Shown: positions 28,536 to 39,586, counted from the stretch's first letter. The stretch: 64,000 nucleotides of DNA from Candidatus Latescibacterota bacterium (GCA_965206595.1 OZ242214.1:448001-512000), one strand, 5' to 3'. Program-made: numbers and translations. Notes: generated from the sequence alone by a model not told the origin.

Positions 28536-31312
28536 CCGACCTCGTCTACACGCCAGGAAGCCTCGTCAGCGCGCGCGGGCGGGAGTGGGTCGTCCTCACC
28601 GGAAGCTCGGCGGAGACCTTGCGGGTCCGTCCTGTCACGGGAACGGATGAGGACCGGACGCTGATCCACCTGCCTCTCGAGGTCGAGCCGGTTCACGAGG
28701 CCCGGTTCCCCTTGCCGAGTTCGGATCAACTCGGCGGGCACGACTCGGCCCTGCTGCTCCGCGACGCCTTGCTGCTCTCGCTGCGACGGGGTGCCGGACC
28801 GTTTCGGAGCTTTGGACAGATCTCGGTTGAGCCGCGCGCCTACCAGCTCGTGCCGCTGCTGATGGCGCTCAAGCTCGATCCGGTGCGCCTGCTCATCGCC
28901 GACGACGTCGGGGTCGGGAAGACGATCGAGGCTCTGCTCATCGCTCGCGAGCTTCTCGACCGCGGCGACATCGATCGCACCGTCGTCCTCTGCCCGCCGC
29001 ACCTCGTGGACCAGTGGGTCACCGAGCTGGAGGTTCGCTTCCATATCCGCGCCGCAGCCGTCACCGCCCGGAGCACGCGACGCTTGGAGCGGGGCATTCC
29101 GCCGGGCGCAAGCATTTTCTCGGAGTACCCGCACACGGTCGTCAGTCTCGACTACGTGAAGACCAGCGAGAGACGAGACCACTTCCTCCAGGCGTGTCCC
29201 GACTTCGTGATCGTTGACGAGGCCCACACGTGCGCCTCCGCCAGCCGGGGCCGGCATCAGCGACACGAGCTGCTCAAGGGCTTGGCCGGCACCGCATCGC
29301 GGCACCTCGTCCTGCTCACGGCGACTCCGCATAGCGGCGATGACGCCGCCTTCTACCGGCTGCTCGGCCTGCTCTCACCGGACTTCGAGGGCCTGGGGGA
29401 GGTCACGGGTACGGCGCGCGAACGTCTTCGCGACCGACTGGCGAGGCACTTCGTCCAGAGACGACGCCCCGACATAGCCGAGTGGCACGATGGCGACATC
29501 TTCCCACGCCGCGAAACCAGGGAACTCACCTACCAGCTCACCGGAGCCTGGGAAGCCTTCTTCAACAACGTCCTCGATTATTGCGCCGAAGTCGTGGCGA
29601 CAGGCGCCGGGGACGAGATGCGGCAGCGCCTCAACTTCTGGGGAACGCTGGCGCTCCTGCGCTGCACCGGGTCGAGCCCCGTTGCGGCCGTGCTGGCCTT
29701 GCGCACCCGTGCCGGCGAGGATCTCGGCGACGAGACCCGCGAGGATCTTCTCGATCGCATCTTCGACGGTGACGTCGACGCACTCGTCGCGGACGACGTC
29801 GAGCCGCCGGTCGGGGGCGATAGCCCGGCGCTGGCACGGCTGATCAGGCGGGCGGAGAGCCTCGCGGGCCAGAGCGGCGATCCGAAGCTCAAGACCGCCT
29901 CGGAACACGTCGCGGAGCTGGTCGAGGCGGGGTTCAACGTGGTGGTGTTCTGTCGCTTCATCGCGACCGCTCACTACGTGGCCCGCCACTTCCGCGAGAA
30001 CCTGAAGGGAAGTGCCGTCGGCGTCGTGACCGGCGAGATGCCCCCGGAAGAGCGCCAGGCGCTAGTAGCGCGGATCGGCGCGACGGAAGGCGCCAGGGTC
30101 CTGGTCACCACCGACTGCCTGTCGGAGGGCGTCAATCTGCAGGAGTACTTCGACGCCGTCGTTCACTACGACCTGTCGTGGAACCCGACGCGGCATGAGC
30201 AGCGCGAGGGCCGTGTGGATCGCTTCGGCCAGCCGAGCAAGACGGTGCGCGCAACGCTCCTCTACGGCGACAACCCGATTGATGGCGCGGTGCTCCAGGT
30301 CATCCTGCGCAAGGCCGCCCGTATCCGGGAGGAGCTCGGCGTCCCAGTGCCGGTGCCGGACGAGGGCCACTCGCTCACCCAGGCGCTCCTCAAGGCCGTG
30401 CTTCTGCGCCGGCGCGGCCGCTCCGCCGGCGCCGAAGGTCGACAGCTCGAGCTGTTCGAGAGTCAGTGGGAGGACACGAGGGAAAAGGCGAAACGGAGTC
30501 GGACCGTGTTCGCCCAGCGGCGTATCAACCCCGAGGAGGTGCTGCCCGAGTGGCACAAGAGTCTCGCCGCGGTCGGCGGCCGCGACGATGTGCAGCGCTT
30601 TGCGAGTCGCGCTCTCGCCCGGCTCGGCTCCGGGCTCGAACCGCTCGGGCGGGGATTCAAGGTTCCAACGGCCCCGCTGCCGGCGGAGGTCCGCGAGCGT
30701 CTGGAGACGGAAGACATCGCGGGTACGATTGCCATAGACTTCGCCTATCCCTCGGCCCCGGGATGCCGTCCCGTCCAGCGCAGCCATCCTCTCATCGCGG
30801 TGCTCGCCGAGACGCTGCTCGGTCGGACCCTCTCGGTCGACAACAAGGGCGCCATAGCCAGCGACCCCTCGGTCCTCGGACGCGTCGGCTGCTGGATCTC
30901 CGAGGGAGTGCGCGTCCGATCAACGGTCGTCCTTCTCCGGCTGCGCCACCAGCTCTCGTCCCGCACGACGCGCCAAGAGACGCTGATGGTTGAAGAGGCG
31001 ACCGCGTTGGCCTGGCTCGCTGCCGGAACCGCAGGGCCGACCACCGGGCCCGAAGCCCTCTCACTGCTCGCGCTCGCTCCCGCCGATGATCCCCCGCGGC
31101 ATGTTCGCGAACGCGAGGTCGCACGAGCCCTCGCCCTGCTGCAGAAGCGCGCGGAAGATCTCGAGGAATTCGCGGCCCTCCGCGCGGGTGCCTTGCTCGA
31201 CGACCATTTGCGGGTGCGCGAAGCCAGCAGGGCGACCGGGAGAACCTCCGTCCAGGCCCACCCGCGTCCCGACGTGATCGGCGTGTACGTGCTCCTGCCG
31301 GCGGTGGACTGA
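28532..31312 (+). CDS. SNF2-type helicase (DrmD-like)
   Basis: GSLVSARGREWVV N-terminus, LIADDVGVGKT, DEAH, LTATPH, EQREGRVDR; GTGA overlap. Confidence 0.88.
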   Translation: MTDLVYTPGSLVSARGREWVVLTGSSAETLRVRPVTGTDEDRTLIHLPLEVEPVHEARFPLPSSDQLGGHDSALLLRDALLLSLRRGAGPFRSFGQISVEPRAYQLVPLLMALKLDPVRLLIADDVGVGKTIEALLIARELLDRGDIDRTVVLCPPHLVDQWVTELEVRFHIRAAAVTARSTRRLERGIPPGASIFSEYPHTVVSLDYVKTSERRDHFLQACPDFVIVDEAHTCASASRGRHQRHELLKGLAGTASRHLVLLTATPHSGDDAAFYRLLGLLSPDFEGLGEVTGTARERLRDRLARHFVQRRRPDIAEWHDGDIFPRRETRELTYQLTGAWEAFFNNVLDYCAEVVATGAGDEMRQRLNFWGTLALLRCTGSSPVAAVLALRTRAGEDLGDETREDLLDRIFDGDVDALVADDVEPPVGGDSPALARLIRRAESLAGQSGDPKLKTASEHVAELVEAGFNVVVFCRFIATAHYVARHFRENLKGSAVGVVTGEMPPEERQALVARIGATEGARVLVTTDCLSEGVNLQEYFDAVVHYDLSWNPTRHEQREGRVDRFGQPSKTVRATLLYGDNPIDGAVLQVILRKAARIREELGVPVPVPDEGHSLTQALLKAVLLRRRGRSAGAEGRQLELFESQWEDTREKAKRSRTVFAQRRINPEEVLPEWHKSLAAVGGRDDVQRFASRALARLGSGLEPLGRGFKVPTAPLPAEVRERLETEDIAGTIAIDFAYPSAPGCRPVQRSHPLIAVLAETLLGRTLSVDNKGAIASDPSVLGRVGCWISEGVRVRSTVVLLRLRHQLSSRTTRQETLMVEEATALAWLAAGTAGPTTGPEALSLLALAPADDPPRHVREREVARALALLQKRAEDLEEFAALRAGALLDDHLRVREASRATGRTSVQAHPRPDVIGVYVLLPAVD

Positions 31313-31314
31313 CC

Positions 31315-34300
31315 ATGCCGCCTCGTCGAAGCAGCCCGGGCGAGGCTCATATCGCCTTCGATGCCCTCGCGATCGAGGGCGGTCTTCTTGGCGCCGAGTG
31401 GCTTGGAAGGGTGGCTCAGCTCCAGGCCGCGGCCCAGGAGCCAGCCGACTACCGCGTTCCGAAGGGCCTCGAAATCCGCGACGAGATTGCCCGGGGCTGG
31501 CGCATTGCCCAGGCATGCTTTCAGGAAATGGAAACCGGTCGGGCCTCGGGAGGCGATGCCCGTGCGCTTGCCGAGCAATTCCTCGAGGCTCTTCTCCGCG
31601 ACGCGCTTGGTTTCGCGTCCGTCGCGCGCACGGCGCCAAGGACAATCGGCGACCGGGTGTACCCGGTTCGGTTCTTCGCACTCGGCGACCGTGTTCCTGT
31701 CGTGGTTGCTCCGGCAGGAGCGGGCCTGGACGCCCCCCTGCCCGAGCTGGGAGACGACCGGCGGCGCCGGACCGCATTCGGGCTCCTGCAGGAGATGCTG
31801 AACGCCTCCGACGCGGCGCTGTGGGGCCTCGCGTCGGACGGGCTCTCGCTGCGGATCGCGCGCGACAACGCGAGTCTCACGCGCCCGGCGTGGATCGAAG
31901 CCGACCTCGGCAGGATCTTCACGGAGGATCTGTACCCCGACTTCGCCGCGCTCTGGCTCCTCGCGCACGAGTCCCGGTTCGGCCGCGCTGACGACCCGCC
32001 GGAAACATGCCCGCTGGAGGCGTGGCGGGAGGCCGGCCGGCAGGAAGGAACGCGGGCACGGGACAAGCTGAGTGAGGGATTCCAGCACGCGCTCGAGATC
32101 CTGGGGCAGGGGTTCCTCTCTCATGCCGCGAACTCGAGACTTCGTTCCGCGCTGCACGCCGGGGATCTCACGACGGATCGCTACTTCGAGCAGCTCTTGC
32201 GACTCGTCTATCGGTTCATCTTCCTGCTCACAGCCGAAGAACGTGATCTGCTGCACCCGAAGGACGCATCCGACTCGGCCCGCCAGCTCTATACCGATGG
32301 ATACGCCCTCCGCCGCCTGCGCGATCGGGCAGTCCGACGGAGCGCCCACGATCGCCGTGGGGATCTCTGGGAGGTGGTAAGAATCGTCTTCCGGGGACTT
32401 GCGGAGGGCGAATCGCGTCTCGGGCTGCCCGCCCTCGCCGGCCTGTTCGCCCCCGGAGAGTGCCCGGACCTCGACGCGGCGAAGATCGAGAATCGCGCGT
32501 TCCTCCGCGCTCTATTCCATCTGGGGTGGCTTCGCGAGTCCTCGGGGCTCGTTCGCGTGAACTGGCGCGACATGGGCGCGGATGAGCTCGGGTACATCTA
32601 CGAGGGCCTTCTCGAGCTGGTCCCGCAGATCACCGGGGACGGACGTTCCTTCTCGTTTGCGAGCGCCGACGAGAGCCGGGGCCATGCACGGAAGACCACC
32701 GGCAGCTACTACACGCCGGACGAGCTCGTGCAGCTCCTCCTCGCAAGCGCCCTCGGTCCGGTCATAGAGCATGCGGTTAACGCTCATGCCGACCGTCCCG
32801 CCGATGCTCTCCTCGAGCTGGCGATCGTCGACCCCGCCTGCGGATCGGGCCACTTCCTGCTCGCCGCGGCTCGCCGGCTCGCCGACCGCATCGCGCGCAT
32901 CCGGGCGGGGGGCACCCCCACGCCGGACGACTACCAGCGCGCGCTCCGGGACGTGGTCCGGCGCTGCATCTATGGCGTCGACATGAACCCGCTGGCCGTC
33001 GAGATCTGCAAGGTGAGCCTGTGGATGGAGTCGATCGACCCCGGGCTGCCGCTCACATTCCTGGAAAGCCACATCCGCTGCGGCAACTCGCTCATGGGCG
33101 CGGACCGGTCGCTCATGGGCGACCGGGTGCCGGACTCCGCTTGGGCGGTCCTCGAGGGAGACGACAGGAAAGTCGCGCGGTCGCTCAAGCGGCGGAACCA
33201 GGAGGAACTCGCAGGTCAGCGCAGCCTGCTCCTTCAACCTCGGAACGAGACGGACAGGTTGCGGGATACGGCGCGCGCCGTCGAAGAAGCCCCGGACGCG
33301 GATGCCGACGCCCTGGCGGAGAAGCAGAGAAAGTGGAAGGCGCTCCTGGCCTCGCAGGCCTACGAGCACGAGAAGCTGGTGGCCGATGCGTGGTGCGCCG
33401 CCTTCCTCTGGCCCAAGGACGAATCCGGCCCGGTCGTCGAGGCCGCACCCACAACGGCCAGGTGGCTCGCGCTCCGCGACAAGGAGGTTCCACCGGCCCC
33501 GGTGTTCGTCGAGACCACGCGACGCATCGCCGAGGAGTACGGCCTCTTCCACTGGGAGCTGGCGTTTCCGCACGTCTTTGCGCAAGGCGGCTTCGACGTC
33601 GTGCTCGGCAACCCGCCGTGGGAGCGCGTCAAGCTCCAGGAGCAGGAGTTCTTCGCCACGCGGGAGCCCTCGATCGCGAAGGCGCGGAACGCCGCCGAGC
33701 GCAAGAAAATCATCGCCGCACTTCCGGCGACGAATCCGGTTCTCTGGAACGAGTGGAGCCGCGCAACGCGCATTGCCCAAGGGCAGAGCCATTTCATGCG
33801 GGGATCCGGCCGCTACCCGCTCTGCGGAAAGGGCGACGTTAACACGTACGCGTTGTTCGCCGAGCACAATTGGAGTGCACTCTCGCCTCGGGGTTGTGCG
33901 GGCTTCATTGTACCCGGCGGGATCGTCACCGACGATACGACCAAGGAGTATTTCCAGGCTCTTGTCGACCGTAGCGCACTTGCCAGCGTCTATCATTTCG
34001 AGAACGAAAGTCTTGTGTTCAAGGGCCTCCACCACGCGTACCGGTTCGTGCTGCTGACGATCAGGGAGTCCCTTCAGGCCGACCTCGTCTTCTATGCGCG
34101 TCGCGCAGTCGATCTCGAAGACCCGGAGCGGCACTTCGCGTTGACTCCCGCAGATTTCGCCACGCTCAATCCGAACACGCGGACCTGTCCTACGTTCAGG
34201 TCAAGTCGTGACGCGGCCATCAACTTGGCGATGTACCGCCGAGCGGGAGTGCTTTGGCGGGAGAGCGACCCGGACGGGAATCCATGGGGCTTGAGATTCC

Positions 34301-35259
34301 TGCGCATGTTTGACATGGCCAACGACTCCGGGCTGTTTCGCACGCGGGCCGAGCTGGCGTCGGCCGGCTGGAGGTTGGATGCGGAAAGGTTCGAGAAGGA
34401 CGGAAAAGTCGTCTTGCCTCTGTACGAGGGGAAGATGATCCACCACTTCGATCACCGATTCGGAACCTATGAGGCGCAAAGCGAGGCTCAAGCGAATCAG
34501 GGGAAGCTTCCCGAACTCGACGACGTTGCGCATGCCGACCCACGGCGGGTAACGCTGCCAAGGTACTGGGTCGCGGAGGACGAAGTGACGGAGCGGCTAG
34601 ACGGTACCTGGGACAGGCATTGGTTGCTAGGTTGGAGGGACGTTACCGGTGCGGGAGTGCTCCGCACCGTCATTGCGTGCATCATCCCAAGAACTGCCGT
34701 GAATCACAAGTTGCCACTGATGATACCGTCTCATGATACGCAGCTCGTGGCCGGCCTCTACGCGAACCTGTCCAGCATACCGTTCGACTATTGTGCCAGG
34801 CAGAAGGTGGGTGGACTTAGCTTGACCTATTTCACCATGCGGCAGCTTCCCGTGCTCCGCCCGGAGGCGTACGCGACGCCAGCACCGTGGGCGCCTTCGA
34901 TACGGATTCGCGACTGGCTCCTCCCGAGAGTTCTCGAGCTCACCTATACCGCGTGGAGCCTCAAGGCGTTCGCCGAGGACTGCGACGACGAGGCCCCGCC
35001 CTTCATCTGGGATCCTGAGCGCCGCTTCCAGCTCCGGTGCGAAATCGACGCGGCCTTCTTCCACCTGTATGGCATATCCCGGGATGACACCGCCTACATT
35101 CTCGACACGTTTCCGGTCCTGGAGCGGTCCGAAGAGCGGGTGCACGGCGAGTACCTGACGAAGCGAGTTGTGCTGGAGACCTACGACGCGCTGGAGTCGG
35201 CCGCTTCGAAGGGCATCCCGTACGAGTCGCCGCTCGGACCGCCGAGGAGGGCGAAATGA
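31315..35259 (+). CDS. N6-adenine DNA methyltransferase, Eco57I/type IIG-like (DrmMI-like)
   Basis: GSYYTP, DPACGSGHFL, GNPPW, C-terminal TRD-like region; 1314 aa. Confidence 0.9.
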   Translation: MPPRRSSPGEAHIAFDALAIEGGLLGAEWLGRVAQLQAAAQEPADYRVPKGLEIRDEIARGWRIAQACFQEMETGRASGGDARALAEQFLEALLRDALGFASVARTAPRTIGDRVYPVRFFALGDRVPVVVAPAGAGLDAPLPELGDDRRRRTAFGLLQEMLNASDAALWGLASDGLSLRIARDNASLTRPAWIEADLGRIFTEDLYPDFAALWLLAHESRFGRADDPPETCPLEAWREAGRQEGTRARDKLSEGFQHALEILGQGFLSHAANSRLRSALHAGDLTTDRYFEQLLRLVYRFIFLLTAEERDLLHPKDASDSARQLYTDGYALRRLRDRAVRRSAHDRRGDLWEVVRIVFRGLAEGESRLGLPALAGLFAPGECPDLDAAKIENRAFLRALFHLGWLRESSGLVRVNWRDMGADELGYIYEGLLELVPQITGDGRSFSFASADESRGHARKTTGSYYTPDELVQLLLASALGPVIEHAVNAHADRPADALLELAIVDPACGSGHFLLAAARRLADRIARIRAGGTPTPDDYQRALRDVVRRCIYGVDMNPLAVEICKVSLWMESIDPGLPLTFLESHIRCGNSLMGADRSLMGDRVPDSAWAVLEGDDRKVARSLKRRNQEELAGQRSLLLQPRNETDRLRDTARAVEEAPDADADALAEKQRKWKALLASQAYEHEKLVADAWCAAFLWPKDESGPVVEAAPTTARWLALRDKEVPPAPVFVETTRRIAEEYGLFHWELAFPHVFAQGGFDVVLGNPPWERVKLQEQEFFATREPSIAKARNAAERKKIIAALPATNPVLWNEWSRATRIAQGQSHFMRGSGRYPLCGKGDVNTYALFAEHNWSALSPRGCAGFIVPGGIVTDDTTKEYFQALVDRSALASVYHFENESLVFKGLHHAYRFVLLTIRESLQADLVFYARRAVDLEDPERHFALTPADFATLNPNTRTCPTFRSSRDAAINLAMYRRAGVLWRESDPDGNPWGLRFLRMFDMANDSGLFRTRAELASAGWRLDAERFEKDGKVVLPLYEGKMIHHFDHRFGTYEAQSEAQANQGKLPELDDVAHADPRRVTLPRYWVAEDEVTERLDGTWDRHWLLGWRDVTGAGVLRTVIACIIPRTAVNHKLPLMIPSHDTQLVAGLYANLSSIPFDYCARQKVGGLSLTYFTMRQLPVLRPEAYATPAPWAPSIRIRDWLLPRVLELTYTAWSLKAFAEDCDDEAPPFIWDPERRFQLRCEIDAAFFHLYGISRDDTAYILDTFPVLERSEERVHGEYLTKRVVLETYDALESAASKGIPYESPLGPPRRAK

Positions 35260-36494
35260 GCAGATTCCAGCTTCGCGAAATTCGCGTCGACAACTACCGT
35301 TGCTTTGAAGAGCTGAGGCTCCCCCTCGAGGAAGACACCACCGTCCTCTTCGCCGAGAACGGCGGCGGAAAGACCGCGCTGCTCACCGCCCTCGCGATGG
35401 GCCTCGCGGTAATTCAGAGGGATGCACCGAAGACCCTGAAGGTCCACTCGCGGCGCGATCCCAGGATGCACACACTCGACGAGAAGGGGCGACGCGAGCC
35501 GGTCGGTGAGTGCAAGGTCACATGGACGGCCGCGGTGGGCGGAACCGAATCCGTCACATGGTCGACGGCGACTCAGCCCGCGTCCGGACGTCGGAGAATC
35601 CGACGCCGACCAATCATCGAGGCCATGGAGCAAGTGCGGGTTCCCGGAGATCGGTGGCCGTTGTTCGGGTGGTATGGGGTCGATCGCCTGGGACGCCAGC
35701 GCGGCCGGCGTCGTAAGATCGAGCGTACGGGGGACCGCTGGGAAGCCTACGACTCCTCGCTCGACCCGAATCTCGATGAAGCCCCGCTCCTCCAGTGGCT
35801 CCAGGACGAGATGCTCGGAGACGTGGTCCGGAGGCAGCAGGACGAACCCGAACGGTTCTTCCACGCAGCCGTGATGGAAGCAACGGTCCAGGCAACCCCC
35901 GGCGTCACGAACGCCTGGTACGACCCGGTGGAGCAAGGCCCGAAGGTGCGCTTCGACGACGGGCACGTGGCTTCGTGGTCCGAGCTTTCGGACGGCTACC
36001 ACGTATTCATCGCGCTGGTCGCCGACATCGCCCGGCGTGCTGTCATGCTCAACGAGTTCGACGGCGCCGACGCGCCTGCCCAAGTGGAGGGCGTGGTGCT
36101 CATTGACGAGATCGATCTTCACCTCCACCCACGATGGCAGCGCGTGGCGCTTACGGGCCTTCGCGAGGCATTCCCCCGATTGCAATTCGTCGTCACCACG
36201 CACTCACCGCAGGTGCTCAGCAGCGTCGACAATCGCCAGGTACGCCGACTCTTGGACGGGAAGCTTCAGGCGGGCAACGTGTTCGTCGAGGGCAGGGACA
36301 CGAACGCGATTCTCCGGGAGTACATGCACACCGACGACCGCGACGAGGAAGGCAAACTCGCGCTGCGCCGCCTTCACGACGCGATCGATCAAGGCGACAC
36401 CGAGCAGGCGGATCGGATCTACAGGGAACTGCGGGTTCGATGGGGAGACAGCGACCCGGCGCTCATCCGAGCCAAGGGCTTCATGGAGGACTAG
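35256..36494 (+). CDS. ABC/AAA_21 ATPase, Septu PtuA-like
   Basis: AENGGGKT, LSDGY, VLIDEIDLHLHPRWQ, TTHSP; ATGA overlap with the MTase. Confidence 0.85.
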   Translation: MSRFQLREIRVDNYRCFEELRLPLEEDTTVLFAENGGGKTALLTALAMGLAVIQRDAPKTLKVHSRRDPRMHTLDEKGRREPVGECKVTWTAAVGGTESVTWSTATQPASGRRRIRRRPIIEAMEQVRVPGDRWPLFGWYGVDRLGRQRGRRRKIERTGDRWEAYDSSLDPNLDEAPLLQWLQDEMLGDVVRRQQDEPERFFHAAVMEATVQATPGVTNAWYDPVEQGPKVRFDDGHVASWSELSDGYHVFIALVADIARRAVMLNEFDGADAPAQVEGVVLIDEIDLHLHPRWQRVALTGLREAFPRLQFVVTTHSPQVLSSVDNRQVRRLLDGKLQAGNVFVEGRDTNAILREYMHTDDRDEEGKLALRRLHDAIDQGDTEQADRIYRELRVRWGDSDPALIRAKGFMED

Positions 36495-37256
36495 ATGCGG
36501 GGATTGGCGAAAGCCCGGCCGCCTGCGAACGTGAGCCCGGATGATCAGACGCCGCGGTCATTTGCAGAGGCGGAGCAAGAGTACCTTGCAGCGCTCCCCG
36601 GTAGGGACAACAAGGTCAGGTTCGCCCGATCGGAGTACGAGAGGCTGGAGAAGCGCAGGCTGCGCCAAGTCATGTACGGCGAGCAGGGATCGCTGTGCGT
36701 CTACTGCGAACGACGGATCGCCGAGGGAGACCCAACGCCCCGCATCGACCACTGGCGCCCGCTCAGCGCCGATCCCTGTTTCGCTATCCACTGGGAGAAC
36801 CTCTACTTGTCCTGTCCCGAGTCTGAGACCTGCGACTCTGCCAAGGCCGACCGACCCTTCCGGTGGCAAAAGGGCGATACCGATATGCCTTGGCCCGTAG
36901 ACCTTCCGTACGAGGACTTCGTTGGCTTCACCAGCGGCGGCGAAGTCTACGTCCGCTCGGATGTCTCTTTGCCGGATGCCACTCGCCGGGCGCTTGAACT
37001 CGCCATCGCGGACTGTCCCGATGGCGCTGGAGTTCGGCGCAGCATCCTCAATCTGAACCATCCTGCGCTGGTTGCGGCGAGGGCGGCGGCGGTCGACAGC
37101 GAACGCACGCGCCTGGCGAAGAGACTCGAGAGCGAGCCCGCGAACAGAGACGAGCGCGAACAACTTGCCGCACAGATCCTCGACGTGGATCAGCGACCCC
37201 AATTCGTCAGCATCCGAGTCGCTTGGCTGCGGAAGACGCTGGGCTTAGGTCGGTAA
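36495..37256 (+). CDS. HNH endonuclease, Septu PtuB/retron-associated type
   Basis: EQGSLCVYCE, IDHWRP, WENLYLSC, CDSAK, ILNLN; abuts ATPase stop. Confidence 0.82.
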   Translation: MRGLAKARPPANVSPDDQTPRSFAEAEQEYLAALPGRDNKVRFARSEYERLEKRRLRQVMYGEQGSLCVYCERRIAEGDPTPRIDHWRPLSADPCFAIHWENLYLSCPESETCDSAKADRPFRWQKGDTDMPWPVDLPYEDFVGFTSGGEVYVRSDVSLPDATRRALELAIADCPDGAGVRRSILNLNHPALVAARAAAVDSERTRLAKRLESEPANRDEREQLAAQILDVDQRPQFVSIRVAWLRKTLGLGR

Positions 37257-38020
37257 TGCTGGCGGCCGTCACTATCACCCGTCTGGAGAAGGCCGCCACC
37301 GACAACGGCTTCGACCTCGACCTGGAGCATACGGCCGACTGGCTCTCCTTCGGCAGCAGCCAGACCTCGATGCGCATCTGGCTCACCGCCATCGGAGAAT
37401 CCCTGTTCCTCGCTGCCACGTCGCGGGCGGACGTCCTCGACGGGTTGGCGGGGCTTGGCACGGCGTTCACCAACCCGCTCCCGAGCGGCGCCGTCGGCGC
37501 ACTGAGTGTCAGCGACATTGCCGCAGTTCATCGCCTGTTGCGCCGTGCGTTCCAGCTCTCGCGCACGCTCCCGGACGCGCTGCTTCATGCCTTCGAGGAC
37601 GAAACAACGCACCTGCCACGGGCGACGGAAGCCGAGCGCCTGGTGGTCCAGCGAGTCGGCCAGGACATCTTCCGAAGGGGCTTGTTCGAGTATTGGGATG
37701 GCCGTTGCGCGATCACCGGACTGGCCGTGCCCGAACTCCTGCGCGCGAGCCACATCAAGCCATGGTCCGACTGCGACACGGACGCAGAGCGCCTCGATGT
37801 CTTCAACGGCTTTCTACTGGCTGCTCATCTCGATGCGGCGTTCGACGCCGGATTCATCACGATCGCAGAGGACGGAAGGGGCCTCGTTTCAAGCATTCTC
37901 CCGTTCGACGCCCGGTCGGTTCTCGGACTTGATGGGTCGCTAAGGGTCCGCGGACTGCACCACGCTCACGAGCGCTATCTGCCATGGCACCGGGAAAAGA
38001 TCTTCCGCGCAAAACAGTAA
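37256..38020 (+). CDS. HNH endonuclease (HNH_2 type)
   Basis: RVGQDIFR, CAITG, LRASHIKPW, NGFLL..HLDAAFD; TAATG overlap. Confidence 0.85.
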   Translation: MLAAVTITRLEKAATDNGFDLDLEHTADWLSFGSSQTSMRIWLTAIGESLFLAATSRADVLDGLAGLGTAFTNPLPSGAVGALSVSDIAAVHRLLRRAFQLSRTLPDALLHAFEDETTHLPRATEAERLVVQRVGQDIFRRGLFEYWDGRCAITGLAVPELLRASHIKPWSDCDTDAERLDVFNGFLLAAHLDAAFDAGFITIAEDGRGLVSSILPFDARSVLGLDGSLRVRGLHHAHERYLPWHREKIFRAKQ

Positions 38021-38497
38021 AGCGAGTGCGTCACTTGATCGCCCCCGCATCAAGATCGGCAAGGAGGTTGATGGGTGAAGGAAGTAGTAGACGACCTGTC
38101 GAGTAATCCACTCGCATGCCTTCTCGATGAGGGTTGGGTACTCTACCACGGGACTTCTGGGTCTTATTCCGCTTCGATAGAGTATTACGGCCTCGGGCAT
38201 CCAGAAGGGGTGCCAGGTTACTGGGCGGAAGTACAATCCTTCATCACGTACTGGCAAATTTTCAACCTGGAATCCTCCGCCTTTGTCGCCCTTGCGAGTT
38301 TCAGTCAGGACCACGAAGGCATCCGCGCCGTTTCCCTCGCTGAGACATTCAATCGCGCAGCACGTTATGCTGTAGAAGAGCCTGGCGGCGAGACCACGGC
38401 GCTTATGCGGCGAGCCATTGGTCAGATCACAGAAAAAATCAGGAAACCGGAGCTAATCAAGACACGCCTACAGGAGAAGCGCAGGCACCTTTATGAG

Positions 38498-39586
38498 CTA
38501 GTGTCCTGTCGCAGAGATTCGTTCACAAAGTCTCTTGATTTTGGCGAGGATGGAATCCGCCGTAGCCGTCCAGACGAAAGGGTGTGCGTTGGCGTTCCAT
38601 TTGGCCGTGTAGCGTTCGATTCGCTCGATGAGCTCCGACACCTTGCGGAACGAATCGCGCCGAACCGCCTGGCGGGTGAGGATATTGAACCAGATCTCCA
38701 CCTGATTGAGCCACGAAGCATACGTGGGAGTGTAGTGAAGGTGAAATCGGGGACGCCGTGCCAGCCATCGCTTGACCTTGGCATGCTTATGCGTGGCGTA
38801 GTTGTCGACGACGAGATGAATATCGAGGTCAGCGGGCACGTTGGCCTCGATGTGGCGCAGGAACTGGAGGAACTCCTGGTGACGATGACGGGGCTTGCAC
38901 TGGGTCATCACTTCCCCGGTGGCGATGTCCAGGGCGGCAAACAGGGTGGTGGTGCCGTGCCGCTTGTAGTCGTGCGTAATCCCTTCCACGTATCCCAGTC
39001 CCAGGGGCAGCATGGGCTGACTTCGTTCCAACGCCTGGATCTGGCTCTTCTCGTCCACGCACAGCACCAGGGCGTGCTCGGGGGGATTCAGGTACAAGCC
39101 GACGATATCCCGTACTTTGTCGACAAAGAAAGGATCGGTGGAAAGCTTGAAGCGCTTGTGTCGATGGGGCTGCAAACCATACGTGCGCCAAATGCGATGA
39201 ACCGCGTCCTTGGTCAGGCCGGTTTCTTCGCCCATGGAGCGCACCGACCACTGTGTTTCGTCTTTGGGCTTGGTCTTCAGGGTCTTGTATACCACCTCGG
39301 CTACCTGCTCGTCCGTGATCGATCGCGGCGCCCCTGAACGTAGTTCATCATACAAGCCATTGAGTCCGTTGTCGAGAAAACGCCGGCGCCATTTGCCCAC
39401 CGTAGCTCGCGTCACACCCACCGCGGAAGCGACCGCTTCATTGGGCCAGCCATCGGCGGCCAGCAGCACCATCTCGGCTCGCCGCACCAATCCGTGGGGA
39501 AGACTTCGTGATTTGGCCATCGATTCCAGTCGTTCCCGGTCCGACGGACTCAGCTCTAACGGCGTTAATGGACGCCCCGTCACCAT
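38498..39586 (-). CDS. IS630-family transposase
   Basis: HTH N-terminus; [32 protein letters not shown] motifs; TAG stop lies in the flanking CTAG. Confidence 0.95.
   Translation of the reverse strand: MVTGRPLTPLELSPSDRERLESMAKSRSLPHGLVRRAEMVLLAADGWPNEAVASAVGVTRATVGKWRRRFLDNGLNGLYDELRSGAPRSITDEQVAEVVYKTLKTKPKDETQWSVRSMGEETGLTKDAVHRIWRTYGLQPHRHKRFKLSTDPFFVDKVRDIVGLYLNPPEHALVLCVDEKSQIQALERSQPMLPLGLGYVEGITHDYKRHGTTTLFAALDIATGEVMTQCKPRHRHQEFLQFLRHIEANVPADLDIHLVVDNYATHKHAKVKRWLARRPRFHLHYTPTYASWLNQVEIWFNILTRQAVRRDSFRKVSELIERIERYTAKWNANAHPFVWTATADSILAKIKRLCERISATGH

Noticed and set aside
35256-37256. Retron (Ec78-like) system
   Set aside because: ATPase and HNH are present but there is no RT and no intergenic room for msr-msd
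38075-39337. 420-aa ORF as an intact gene
   Set aside because: Beyond codon 142 it is antisense read-through into IS630
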